From Terriglobales bacterium (GTDB taxonomy: Bacteria; Acidobacteriota; Terriglobia; Terriglobales; Acidobacteriaceae), in contig DASRFC010000065.1 in NCBI GenBank assembly GCA_035651835.1, forward strand, positions 11,736 to 75,735: a stretch of 64,000 nucleotides of DNA, given 5' to 3'. Below are positions 1 through 9,161 of the stretch, in pieces. The translations under genes were made by a program, and so were the position numbers. The number at the start of each line of letters is the position of its first letter. Positions within the stretch are counted from its first letter, which is position 1. The notes beneath the pieces were generated by a model, which saw only the letters and a program-made list of their open reading frames with translations, was not told the DNA's origin and searched no databases.

Positions 1-1053
1 CCGCAAAACAATCGGCAGCTGAATCTTCGTCTTATTCGCTGCTTCGACCACACCCTTTGCAAGCGTATCTACGCGAAGAATGCCGCCGAAAATATTAATC
101 AGTACGGCTTTTACGCTCTTATCACTGAGTAGAATTTCAAATGCGTGGGTCACCTGTTCTGCATTCGCACCGCCACCTACGTCAAGAAAATTCGCAGGCA
201 TTCCGCCGGCATACTTGATGATGTCCATGGTCGCCATCGCTAGGCCCGCCCCATTCACCATGCAGCCCACGGTCCCGTCAAGTTTGATGTAATTCAGGCT
301 GTACTTCGAGGCCTCAACTTCGAGCGGATCCTCCTCAGTGATATCCCGTAGCTCTCGTAGATCAGGATGGCGAAACATGGCGTTATCATCGAATGCCACC
401 TTGGCATCCAGCGCGAACAATCTTCCATCCGTGCATGTAATGAACGGATTGATCTCCATCATCGACGAATCCGTCTCATCAAAAGCTTTGTACAGCCCGG
501 TCATGAACTGCACCGCTTGATTGATTTGCGACGGCTTCAGTCCTAGTTTGAAGGCCAGCTTGCGCGCCTGGAATGCTCCCAAACCAAGGCCGGGGGTCAC
601 GTACTCTTTCAAGATAGCATCGGGATTTTCTTCCGCGACCTGTTCGATCTCCATTCCGCCCGCAGCGGATGCCATAAATACCGGCTTTGCTTCCGTTCGA
701 TCGATCACGATCCCCAGATAAAGTTCTTTCTCGATCGGCAAAGTTTCTTCGATCAGCAGTCGTCGCACCACGCGGCCTTCGGGTCCGGTCTGGTGTGTGA
801 CCAGTGTCATGCCGAGAATTTTGGATGCGAGCTCGCCCGCCTCCTCAACTGACTTCGCAATCTTCACGCCCCCACCCTTGCCGCGTCCTCCAGCATGGAT
901 TTGCGCCTTAACCACAACAGCCGTAGCGCCCGCGCTGAACAGATTCTTGGCCGCACTCTCGGCCTCGTCGCGTGTCGCCACCATCTGGCCGCGAGGCACG
1001 GCAACGCCATATTTTTTCAGAATGGCTTTAGCCTGATACTCATGAATTTTCAT
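1..1053 (-). CDS. sucC: succinyl-CoA ligase (ADP-forming) beta subunit, C-terminal end cut by window edge
   Basis: The minus-strand frame is open from the window edge to the ATG at 1051-1053. It is absent from the ORF track because the 3' end leaves the window. The N-terminus reads [23 protein letters not shown]...[22 protein letters not shown], the ATP-grasp N-terminus typical of SucC. Confidence 0.9.
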   Translation of the reverse strand, partial: MKIHEYQAKAILKKYGVAVPRGQMVATRDEAESAAKNLFSAGATAVVVKAQIHAGGRGKGGGVKIAKSVEEAGELASKILGMTLVTHQTGPEGRVVRRLLIEETLPIEKELYLGIVIDRTEAKPVFMASAAGGMEIEQVAEENPDAILKEYVTPGLGLGAFQARKLAFKLGLKPSQINQAVQFMTGLYKAFDETDSSMMEINPFITCTDGRLFALDAKVAFDDNAMFRHPDLRELRDITEEDPLEVEASKYSLNYIKLDGTVGCMVNGAGLAMATMDIIKYAGGMPANFLDVGGGANAEQVTHAFEILLSDKSVKAVLINIFGGILRVDTLAKGVVEAANKTKIQLPIVLR

Positions 1054-1218
1054 AATGATTCCTGATTCACATCGTTCCCGGAAGGAAATGCTTGCGGCTT
1101 AAGACGGCGGGCAGCAAACTCTTGATTCTATAGGAGGCGAGTTGAATCGGTAAAGGAAGGACCAGACAAGTGGCAGCTCTATTTGAAATTGGCATAGTGA
1201 CTCAGCCGTTTTCTGCGG

Positions 1219-1285
1219 CTTTTCTTTGTGTTCTTCGCGGTACAGTCTTTAAAAATCTTAACCGCAAAGCTCGCGAAAGGCGCAA
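1219..1285. repeat. imperfect inverted repeat (REP-like element) in the sucC upstream spacer
   Basis: Arms cttttctttgtgttcttcgcggtac and ttaaccgcaaagctcgcgaaaggcgcaa flank a 14-nt AT-rich loop. The left arm resembles the ttctgtgccttctgtgg-type repeat seen in reverse orientation at 6636-6735. Confidence 0.4.
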
Positions 1286-1429
1286 CTCACTCAGTTCGGT
1301 CAGCGTCGCAATTGAGCTACTACCAACAGATTAGGTAGTGGGCTGTTTTGAATTTCCACAGACTATTGTCAACGGACACCGAGAGTATTTTGCGGGAGCA
1401 CCTCAAAGACTTTCCCGCCGAAAAGTGTG

Positions 1430-2389
1430 CTACCGATTTTTGGAAAGCACAGGGCGTCGACGCAAATTGATGTACTCCACTAACCAGTCATAACGATCTT
1501 CCAATGCTTGCGGATCGTTTAAATCATGACCAGTGTCGTAGTACAACACTTTCTTTGGATCGCTGGCAGCTGCGACATAATGCTGCATCGATGTTTTGTC
1601 GAAGTACTGCTCAAAATTAGCAAATTGTAAAAGCACCGGAATCGGAGCTGAGTGGCCAACGAAATGGATAGCATCGATATCACCCGTGACCCGCGAGTAT
1701 TTTTCGAGTTGACCAGCAGGCTGGGTTTTTCGGAAGTCCACCATACCGGGCTCGTCGCTGCGCAAAAGAATGTCAGCGGTTTCGGCCACGCCAGCCATCA
1801 GCACCGATGTCTTCATACGTTTGTCCACCGCAGTGAGGATCGATCCCCACTGCGCTCCATAGCTGTGGCCGACGTAGGCAAGTCGCTTCGCATCAACATC
1901 AGGGCGCGCCAGTAACAGGTCGATTCCACGGCGAAGATCGACTACTACCTGAATTTCGATCTCACGGTCTAAATCCGGCTTATCGAGATGGTCCAATGCC
2001 TTGTGCCACGGTTGCGGACGGTCCCATGGGTAGTTAGGGATGAGAGAAACCGCTCCAGCGCGGGCATAGATTTTGGCTTCAGGAATAAATTCTGCGCGCG
2101 TGCCATTTCCCCAGTGCCCAAAGAGCACAGCTGCGAATGGACCTTCACCCTTCGGCACTACAAGATACGCTGCCACGGGACCACCCTTGGGACTGGTATA
2201 GTTGATGTCGTAAAGCGTGCCCCCGTCGAATTCTTCGATCATTTTCTGGCGGATATTGAGCGGTTGTTTTACGTCATAGTCGAACAGTCGCGTAGCAGAT
2301 GAGAAATCGGGTGCACTCTTAGGTTCTGTCTGCGCCGGTGTTAAGGCAGCAGTAAGGATAAGCGTTAGCACACCGATCAAAAAACGCAT
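1430..2389 (-). CDS. secreted alpha/beta-hydrolase (dienelactone hydrolase / S9-like)
   Basis: Track ORF 1430..2425, with the start trimmed to Met13, which precedes the signal-like MRFLIGVLTLILTAALTPAQT. It has the nucleophile elbow VGHSYGAQ, a later acidic residue and a GHDLND His region in the usual alpha/beta-hydrolase order. Confidence 0.7.
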   Translation of the reverse strand: MRFLIGVLTLILTAALTPAQTEPKSAPDFSSATRLFDYDVKQPLNIRQKMIEEFDGGTLYDINYTSPKGGPVAAYLVVPKGEGPFAAVLFGHWGNGTRAEFIPEAKIYARAGAVSLIPNYPWDRPQPWHKALDHLDKPDLDREIEIQVVVDLRRGIDLLLARPDVDAKRLAYVGHSYGAQWGSILTAVDKRMKTSVLMAGVAETADILLRSDEPGMVDFRKTQPAGQLEKYSRVTGDIDAIHFVGHSAPIPVLLQFANFEQYFDKTSMQHYVAAASDPKKVLYYDTGHDLNDPQALEDRYDWLVEYINLRRRPVLSKNR

Positions 2390-2486
2390 GCTGTCTCCAA
2401 TCGCAGGAAACGATTCCCGCAGCATTTAGCATATTCAATCAAAAACAAAAGGCCTTTGTACATGCCCGACTCTTGTTGGCGCCTTG

Positions 2487-2526
2487 AATATTCGCGAACT
2501 TCCTAAATATTCGTCTTAAATATTCG
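2487..2526. repeat. three direct copies of AATATTCG in the hydrolase/trpD divergent spacer
   Basis: Copies of aatattcg lie at 2487-2494, 2506-2513 and 2519-2526. The first sits inside the palindrome gaatattc. Confidence 0.6.
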
Positions 2527-2700
2527 CCAGGTGCCCATTCATTCTTGCTCTTTGCGGATGAAATTAATGCAGACCTGACCATCTCCGTTTATTTCTCCTC
2601 CTCTTTCCCATAATAAAATGTAAACAAATGTAAAGCATGGAGGAAGACGTATCAATCAATTCAACGACATCATACGATAATGTAAGTACAAAAATGCAAA

Positions 2701-2720
2701 AATGTTCCCGTGGGAACATT
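2701..2720. promoter_or_regulatory. 20-bp near-perfect palindrome upstream of trpD (candidate operator or hairpin)
   Basis: AATGTTCCC-gt-GGGAACATT has 9-bp arms and ends 54 nt upstream of the trpD ATG. Confidence 0.4.
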
Positions 2721-2774
2721 ACGCAATTCCCCAAAATCCAACTCTGCCGCTAATGCTACTCTAATATTTGATCT

Positions 2775-3833
2775 ATGATCCTCGACGCCCTTCACCGTAT
2801 TGCCAATCATCGCCAGTCGCTCTCTCGCGACGAGGCCCGCATCGTCATGGCTGAAGTCTTAACTGGGAAATGCACTGACACGCAGATCGCGGCGCTGCTG
2901 GTTGGTTTGCACATGAAAGGTGAAACGGTCGAAGAGATCGTTGGCTTTGCGGAAGCCATTCGCGCCGCGGCGTCTCCCCTGAACCTTCACGAAAACTCAA
3001 CGCTGGACGTGAGCGGAACCGAACGCGACGCGCTGGTCGATACCTGTGGTACAGGGGGCGATGCAAGCGGAACATTCAACATCTCGACTGCGACTGCATT
3101 CGTGGTTGCAGGCGCGGGAGTGCGCGTGGCAAAACATGGCAACCGTTCCGTGACATCGAAGTGTGGCTCTGCTGATGTCATGGAAGCGCTTGGCGTAAAT
3201 ATCAATTTGTCTCCTGCTCGCATGGGTGCATGTCTTGATGAAGTTGGAATGGCATTTCTATTTGCGCCAGCGATGCACTCCGCTATGAAATACGCGCAGA
3301 CAGCACGCCGCGAGCTTCGTCTCCGAACAGTTTTTAATTTGCTTGGCCCACTCACTAATCCCGCTCACGCCTCAGCGCAAGTCGTGGGAGTTTATTCGGT
3401 GGAGCTGGTGGAAAAATTAGCCGAAGCCTTGAGCATGTTGGGATTGCGACGAGCCGTTGTGGTGCACGGGCTGGACGGCCTCGATGAAATCACGATCACC
3501 GGCCCAACTCGCGTTGCCGAAGTTCGGCAAGGAAATGTCAGAACTTATGAAGTCACGCCGGAAGAGTTCGGGTTAAGACGCGCTCCGATTGAAGAACTCG
3601 CGGGAGGAGATACCGCGGCAAATGCCGGAATTATCCGAGCCATTTTAGGTGGAGAGAAGTCAGCAAGGCGTGACGTAATTCTTTTAAATGCAGCTGCTGC
3701 TTTAGTGGCCGGAGGACGAGCAGATCATCTAAGCAAAGCGTTGCCATTGGCGGCAGAGTCAATCGATTCTGGCGCCGCGCTGCACAAACTGAAGGAGCTG
3801 ATACGGTTCACGAATAATCCATTGACCGCATGA
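2775..3833 (+). CDS. trpD: anthranilate phosphoribosyltransferase
   Basis: 352 aa. It carries the TrpD signatures [62 protein letters not shown] and [10 protein letters not shown]. Confidence 0.93.
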   Translation: MILDALHRIANHRQSLSRDEARIVMAEVLTGKCTDTQIAALLVGLHMKGETVEEIVGFAEAIRAAASPLNLHENSTLDVSGTERDALVDTCGTGGDASGTFNISTATAFVVAGAGVRVAKHGNRSVTSKCGSADVMEALGVNINLSPARMGACLDEVGMAFLFAPAMHSAMKYAQTARRELRLRTVFNLLGPLTNPAHASAQVVGVYSVELVEKLAEALSMLGLRRAVVVHGLDGLDEITITGPTRVAEVRQGNVRTYEVTPEEFGLRRAPIEELAGGDTAANAGIIRAILGGEKSARRDVILLNAAAALVAGGRADHLSKALPLAAESIDSGAALHKLKELIRFTNNPLTA

Positions 3834-3909
3834 GCGCGGTCTTAAGCAAATAGGCACGCGGCTCGGCTGCTCGGTCTTTTCACTACTCCACAGCTTTTGG
3901 CTTTCTTCC

Positions 3910-4857
3910 CTAGGGAAAAACGGAAAACAAATCTCTGAGGTCCGGTTGAGTCGCGGCATTGCCGAGATATGGAGTAACACCGAAGATTTCCTGCAAGCTC
4001 CGAAGCAATGCTCCGTGGTTGTAGTGAATCGAGTTGCTGTAGCTTTTGCCTTTGGCGAGCGGCGACAGCACAATCATTCCGATGGGTCCATCCCCCGTAT
4101 CGGCTTCGTCCCAGGTAAGGAAAACGACTCCGCCGTCGCGATAGGCTTGAGAGTTCAGGATCATCGGCAAATGATGGGCCAGCCAGGCATCGCCTTGCGC
4201 GATTTGATTGCGAAGCGGGCTACAACTATCGTGCATGTCATTGCAAACGTTTGGAGTGATGAAGTTGTACCGCGCTACGGAATTGCTGTCGAGGTCTTTG
4301 GCGAGTTCCTCGAACGGCCGGATGTGCTCAATGCAATAGACGGAGTTTGCCTTTCTGCGGTCAGTCACATCATCAAAATAAACAAAAGGGTCGTGCCGCA
4401 CCGCGTAGGGGTATCGATTAGAGATTGGACAATCTTTCCCAGAGATATTCTCTTCGTAAGCGCGCCACGACACGGCGCCGTGAGCGGAATTTTTTAGCAG
4501 AGTCACCAAATGTTGAGTGCTGGATTGGCTGTCGCCCAGCGGCGAGTTGTCGTCGAGAATGCCGAAATTCGTGCCCGCTTCCATCCACAGGTAATTGGGC
4601 AAGCTGGGATGGATGTTGGGAGGGTTGAAATATTGTTCGGCATGAGAGGCCTGCGGAATCAGAGTCTGGTTAATATAAGGAGCAAACTTACTGTTTTTGA
4701 TGGATGACCAGTTCTGGTTCTCCATCACAATCACCCACACCGTTTTTATCTGCCCGGTTGAGGAAGGTTGCGAATTTTGGGCGGAAGCCGCAGGGCAAAA
4801 ACCTGCAAGAGAATAAATCAGCAGGCTTACAAGATTTACGAGCACTAAGATTCGCAT
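3910..4857 (-). CDS. secreted phosphoesterase-family protein (AcpA / non-haemolytic phospholipase C-like)
   Basis: Track ORF 3910..4899, trimmed to Met15 before the signal-like MRILVLVNLVSLLIYSLAGFCPAASAQ. The motifs VWVIVMENQNWSSI, PSLPNYLWMEAGTNFG and CNDMHDS match the phosphoesterase family pattern. Confidence 0.7.
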   Translation of the reverse strand: MRILVLVNLVSLLIYSLAGFCPAASAQNSQPSSTGQIKTVWVIVMENQNWSSIKNSKFAPYINQTLIPQASHAEQYFNPPNIHPSLPNYLWMEAGTNFGILDDNSPLGDSQSSTQHLVTLLKNSAHGAVSWRAYEENISGKDCPISNRYPYAVRHDPFVYFDDVTDRRKANSVYCIEHIRPFEELAKDLDSNSVARYNFITPNVCNDMHDSCSPLRNQIAQGDAWLAHHLPMILNSQAYRDGGVVFLTWDEADTGDGPIGMIVLSPLAKGKSYSNSIHYNHGALLRSLQEIFGVTPYLGNAATQPDLRDLFSVFP

Positions 4858-4958
4858 AGGGTATTGTGCGACAAAACATATTCTTAAATGAGGTGACATT
4901 CGAGTGCCGGATCTTCAACGGAATTACTCTTTCGCAATTGGAGATTCCACTTGGACTA

Positions 4959-6731
4959 TCACTTTGCCAGATCGATTTTTAACATATTATTGGACAGGTC
5001 GCTTTCTGGCACACTGCCGTCGTTGATCACAATTTCTTCCGGCTTCGATGGCACATCCATTCTCGTCGATATCTTTGATTTAGCCCTTACTTCGATTCGC
5101 TTGGTCACTTCACCGCCTTCGGTCTTGAGAATCAGCGGCACTTCGGCTCCGGCGTTTCCAAGATTCTCTACTGTGATAGTGACGAAGTAACCGCCGCCAA
5201 CACTGGCACGCGCGTAGGCCGATTCAACGCGAAAGTCGGGCAGTCCCTTGTCAGCATAAACCCAGTCGTCGAAGAACCACTGCAAGTTGCGTTTCGATTG
5301 CGCTTCGAGAAGATGCTGCATGTAAGCGGGATCTTTGTCTTCGTCAGGCTTGTATGCGGTGAGAGCCTTCTTGAGAGAATCGCCTCCAACCATGCCGCGC
5401 AGCATCCACCACACAAACATGGCTTTGCTGCGGTAAAACTCTTCGATGCTGGTATTGATCAATGACTGATCAGTCTGATTTCGGTTAGCGATAGATGATT
5501 TTTCTGCGTCAACAATCGACGCACGAAATGGCGCCATGAAATCGAGCGCGCCCTGACGGCCATTGTGCTGTTCGCGATCAAGCGCCTGAGCAAAATGTGC
5601 CAGGCCTTCGTAAATCCAAAGGCGCGGCGAGGGGAAAGCTGCATGGGTAAGCGCGTGAACGGCAGTGAGTTCATAAAGTCGAGAATCAACATTGGCGAGA
5701 GGAGTGAGTAGCACGTTACCGCTTTCAAAAGAGGCAGCTTCCGAGTCGTTCAATTCCACGACTTGCGCTTTTTGTCGTGCAACCCCAAACCATTCCGTTA
5801 CAAGCGGAGTGACCAAATCTAAAGCTAATCCGAAGTTGTTGGCAGCGGACTCGTGTTGAGACAGAAAATGAATTCGTATCGCAGGACGATCCAACTCCGA
5901 GTAATCGGCAATAGAGAATAGCGGTATCAACTGCCCTAGTTGTGGGTAAAGGTGTTCTCCGCAAGAGGCGGTGGTTTCGTCGTTGGTTCTACGCCCGTCT
6001 TCCGCAGGTACGCCAACCGGCACCGGGTTGTTCATGATTATTTCGGAATCAGTATTACCGGTCGAACAAAGATTTACTTTCAACAATGTATTTTGCTCGC
6101 GCACTTTCCATCTACCCAGAGCCTCAAAGACGCTCTTCCCTTCGGACAAATTCGCCGACTCTATTGCGACCGGATACCACGCGACATAACCCACGCCTCT
6201 TACTGCTGTGTAGGTCTTGCCGATCTGATCCCAATCGCTGTGCTTTGCTTTGTCCTCCGGAACGCCGATTCGAGTCAAGCGCGTGGCGTCAAGTACGATC
6301 ACTCCCTCATAGCCGATCGCAAGCTCGATCGTTCCTTTCGGCGGAGCTTCCTGCGGCAAAGTGACGATGGCCTCCGAAAGTGCTCCCGTGTGGTCGATGT
6401 CTGATGCGTAAGGCTGGGAAACAAACTGAACTGGCTTGCCGCCAAATTGAATCGATCTCCAATCGAGACTGGAAGAGATCTGCAACGAAAAACTTTTCTG
6501 CGGAGAAGAAGAATCGTTGCGAAGCGTGATCTTTCCACGAACCGCCAAGCGTTGCTGTGCAGGCTCGACTTGTAGGTTCAAGTCATATTTGGTGAAGGTA
6601 AAAGCCTCTCGGTCGATGGCGGGACAATTAACTACAAAACCACAGAAGGCACAGAAGACACAGAAAAGCTTGAACAATTTATTTGCCACCTTGTTGCGGG
6701 AATACTGAACTGCGAAAACCACAGAGGGCAC
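4959..6731 (-). CDS. secreted zinc-metallopeptidase-like protein (M1-type N-terminal domain plus MA-clan HExxH...EG region), motif degenerate (HALTH)
   Basis: 590-aa ORF. The segment AVHALTHAAFPSPRLWIYEGLAHFAQ matches the MA-clan pattern HExxH...W(x)xEG(L/F)A, except that Ala replaces the catalytic Glu. The start is uncertain: GTG 6731 and GTG 6689 both lie in repeat-derived sequence. Confidence 0.55.
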   Translation of the reverse strand: MPSVVFAVQYSRNKVANKLFKLFCVFCAFCGFVVNCPAIDREAFTFTKYDLNLQVEPAQQRLAVRGKITLRNDSSSPQKSFSLQISSSLDWRSIQFGGKPVQFVSQPYASDIDHTGALSEAIVTLPQEAPPKGTIELAIGYEGVIVLDATRLTRIGVPEDKAKHSDWDQIGKTYTAVRGVGYVAWYPVAIESANLSEGKSVFEALGRWKVREQNTLLKVNLCSTGNTDSEIIMNNPVPVGVPAEDGRRTNDETTASCGEHLYPQLGQLIPLFSIADYSELDRPAIRIHFLSQHESAANNFGLALDLVTPLVTEWFGVARQKAQVVELNDSEAASFESGNVLLTPLANVDSRLYELTAVHALTHAAFPSPRLWIYEGLAHFAQALDREQHNGRQGALDFMAPFRASIVDAEKSSIANRNQTDQSLINTSIEEFYRSKAMFVWWMLRGMVGGDSLKKALTAYKPDEDKDPAYMQHLLEAQSKRNLQWFFDDWVYADKGLPDFRVESAYARASVGGGYFVTITVENLGNAGAEVPLILKTEGGEVTKRIEVRAKSKISTRMDVPSKPEEIVINDGSVPESDLSNNMLKIDLAK

Positions 6732-6735
6732 GGAA
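6636..6735. repeat. two direct copies of a 21-nt repeat (aaaaccacagaRggcacRgaa)
   Basis: Copies lie at 6636-6656 and 6715-6735, differing at 2 positions. On the minus strand they encode SVPSVVF and FCAFCGF at the 5' end of the peptidase-like ORF. Confidence 0.65.
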
Positions 6736-6746
6736 ATACCGCAACA

Positions 6747-7490
6747 CTATTTTTCTCCCGCTTTGCTCCGCCGTTGCCGGACAATTTCGTAGAGCATCAC
6801 GCCCGCGGCGACGGAAACGTTGAGCGATGGGACTTTTCCTAACATCGGGATCGAAACCAGATAATCGCATTTCCTGGCCACGAGATCATGAACGCCCTTA
6901 CCTTCGCCTCCGAGGACAATGGCGCAATCCATGTTGTAGTCGAGAGAGTCGTAGTTTTGCGTACCACGCTCATCGAGTCCTACTACCCAGATGTTCTGTG
7001 ACTTCAATTCATCCACGGTGCGTGCGATGTTAGTGACTTTGGCGATTGGCAGGTGCTCGCTCGCCCCCGCAGAAGCCTTCGTAACTGTCGGAGTAACGCC
7101 AGCAGCGCGGCGTTCGGGGATTACGACTCCGTCCGCTCCGGCAGCGTCAGCGGTGCGGAGGATCGCTCCGAGATTGTGAGGGTCTTCAATGCCGTCGAGT
7201 ACCACGAGTAAGGAATGTTGGCCGCGTTTGGCTGCTATTACATCATCAAGTTCGATGTATTGCTTGGCGGATGTCACTGCGACCACTCCTTGATGGCCGT
7301 TGTTGCCGGCCATGCGGTCGAGCTCGGCACGGGTCAGCGACTTTACCGCCACGCCCTGACGTCGCGCCTCGTCAACAACGTGCTGCAAACGAATATCGTG
7401 ACGTTCTTTGGCAACTCCCACCCATGAGAAGGTTCTGCCGCGTGCTTTCAAAGCCTCAGCGACGGCGTTAATTCCGTAGATATAATTCAT
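6747..7490 (-). CDS. rlmB: 23S rRNA (guanosine-2'-O)-methyltransferase, SpoU/TrmH group 3
   Basis: 247 aa. It has an N-terminal SpoU-substrate-binding-like region (IYGINAVAEAL), then LDGIEDPHNLGAILRTADAAGADGVV, AIVLGGEGKG and IPMLGKVPSLNVSVAAGVMLYE (SPOUT knot motifs). Confidence 0.85.
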   Translation of the reverse strand: MNYIYGINAVAEALKARGRTFSWVGVAKERHDIRLQHVVDEARRQGVAVKSLTRAELDRMAGNNGHQGVVAVTSAKQYIELDDVIAAKRGQHSLLVVLDGIEDPHNLGAILRTADAAGADGVVIPERRAAGVTPTVTKASAGASEHLPIAKVTNIARTVDELKSQNIWVVGLDERGTQNYDSLDYNMDCAIVLGGEGKGVHDLVARKCDYLVSIPMLGKVPSLNVSVAAGVMLYEIVRQRRSKAGEK

Positions 7491-7600
7491 GAAGATTCAG
7501 TTTACTGCCTGCAAGGTTTGAGAGCGAGGGATCGGCTCCTTCTAGCTAGTCTTTTAATCAGGATATTCACGATGGAGATTATGTCTGGCCTCGCACGCTA

Positions 7601-7647
7601 GATCCCTCGCCCCGCTGATGAAAGCGCGGGACTTCGGGATGACACCA
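7601..7647. repeat. REP-like intergenic motif ending in GGGATGACACCA
   Basis: gatccctcgccccgctgatgaaagcgcgggacttcgggatgacacca contains a short hairpin (cccgc/gcggg). It shares the decamer gatgacacca with 39103-39112 and GGGATGAC with 13372-13379 and 49615-49622. Confidence 0.4.
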
Positions 7648-7717
7648 CCAGAACAAGAACGTGTGATGAGATCATCGCGATTTGCCTGAGTGCTAGACTT
7701 TAACTCTTAGGAATCTT

Positions 7718-8899
7718 ATGCAGGACGTTTACATCCTCTCCGCGGTTCGTACGCCTATTGGCAAATTTGGGGGCTCGCTCGCCTTTATGACCGCCGCCGA
7801 TATGGGCGTAGTAGCTGCAAAGGCTGCCATGGGGCGAGCGGGAGTTCGTCCCGATCAAATCGAAGAGACGATCTTCGGAAATGCTCGACAGGCTGGCGGC
7901 GGCCCAAATCCGGCGCGACAGATTTCTATTCGCAGTGGCGTTCCTCAGGAAGTTCCCGCTTACACCGTCAACAAAGCCTGCGCGTCTGGGATGAAGTCAG
8001 TCGCTTTGGCGTATCAGGAGATTGCGGCTGGCAATCTCGATTGCGTGCTTGCCGGAGGAACAGAGTCGATGTCGCGGCTGCCTTACTATCTCGAAGGCGC
8101 GCGCTGGGGATACCGGCTGGGAAATCAGGAACTGGTCGATGGCATGTATCGCGACGGCTTCTTTTGTCCCATGGCGAAGATGTTGATGGGAGAGACCGCC
8201 GAAGTACTCGCCGAGCAATACAAGATTACGCGCGGCGAGCAGGATGAATTTGCGCTGTGCTCGCAGATTCGCGCGGCAGCCGCTATCGATGCAGGACGAT
8301 TCGAGGATGAGATCGTCCCCGTCACTCTGGAAAGCAAAAAGGGCCCGCAGGTTTTTGCTCGGGATGAGCATCCCTTTGTGGGAGCGACGATGGAAAAATT
8401 GGCGAAACTCGTCCCCGTGTTTTCGAAAATTGGCACCATTACTGCGGGAAATTCTTCTGGCATTACCGACGGCGCGGCTGCCGTGGTCATTGCCAGCGAA
8501 GAATTCGTAAAGAAGAACAACCTGAAACCACTCGCACGGATAATGGCCGTCACTTCGGCTGGCGTGGATCCGAAGATTATGGGCATTGGACCGGTTCCTG
8601 CATTAAAGAAAATGGAGCAGAAGCACAAGTTGAAATTGGGCAACTTCGATCTCGTTGAATTGAACGAAGCCTTCGCGGCTCAGGTTCTAGCCTGCGACCG
8701 TGAATTGCATTTCGATCGCGAGAAGTTGAATGTGGACGGCGGGGCGATTGCGCTTGGACATCCTATTGGCTGCACGGGGACGCGAATCACGGTGACATTG
8801 CTTCATGAAATGTTAAGGCGCAAAGCGAAGCTCGGAGTGGCGACATTGTGCGTGAGCGGCGGAATGGGCATGGCGCTGGCAATTGAGAATGCGACATAA
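7718..8899 (+). CDS. acetyl-CoA C-acetyltransferase (thiolase II)
   Basis: 393 aa. The active-site blocks are VNKACASGMKSV (Cys nucleophile), GNSSGITDGAAA, NEAFAAQ and GHPIGCTGTRI...CVSGGMGMA. Confidence 0.92.
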   Translation: MQDVYILSAVRTPIGKFGGSLAFMTAADMGVVAAKAAMGRAGVRPDQIEETIFGNARQAGGGPNPARQISIRSGVPQEVPAYTVNKACASGMKSVALAYQEIAAGNLDCVLAGGTESMSRLPYYLEGARWGYRLGNQELVDGMYRDGFFCPMAKMLMGETAEVLAEQYKITRGEQDEFALCSQIRAAAAIDAGRFEDEIVPVTLESKKGPQVFARDEHPFVGATMEKLAKLVPVFSKIGTITAGNSSGITDGAAAVVIASEEFVKKNNLKPLARIMAVTSAGVDPKIMGIGPVPALKKMEQKHKLKLGNFDLVELNEAFAAQVLACDRELHFDREKLNVDGGAIALGHPIGCTGTRITVTLLHEMLRRKAKLGVATLCVSGGMGMALAIENAT

Positions 8900-8902
8900 T
8901 TG

Positions 8903-9075
8903 CGGAAGGCCTGCGACGCAGGATGTGCGATTCTAGAATTGAGAAAGAACCCGGGCTAGCGACATCTCAGGAACTTTGGAGTCGATTTTGACCCTACATG
9001 AGCGAATCTTGTAGCACACAATTCTTCGAGATTCGTGATCCACAAGGCAATCCACTCGAAGTTGCCGAAGGATAA
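8903..9075 (+). pseudogene. possible frameshifted remnant of a VOC/glyoxalase-family gene
   Basis: One frame reads LRKACDAGCAILELRKNPG then stop. A second frame gives a 25-codon ORF (8998-9075), MSESCSTQFFEIRDPQGNPLEVAEG. The F(x)F(x)DPxGNxxE ending is typical of VOC C-terminal strands. No intact N-terminal half is present. Confidence 0.3.
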
Positions 9076-9161
9076 GACAGCGCTTTCGCCTTATTCCTCA
9101 TCATCCTCCCTCAAATCCCGCTATACTTTCCTTAGTACTTCTTGGCTACGAGGAACGCCGC

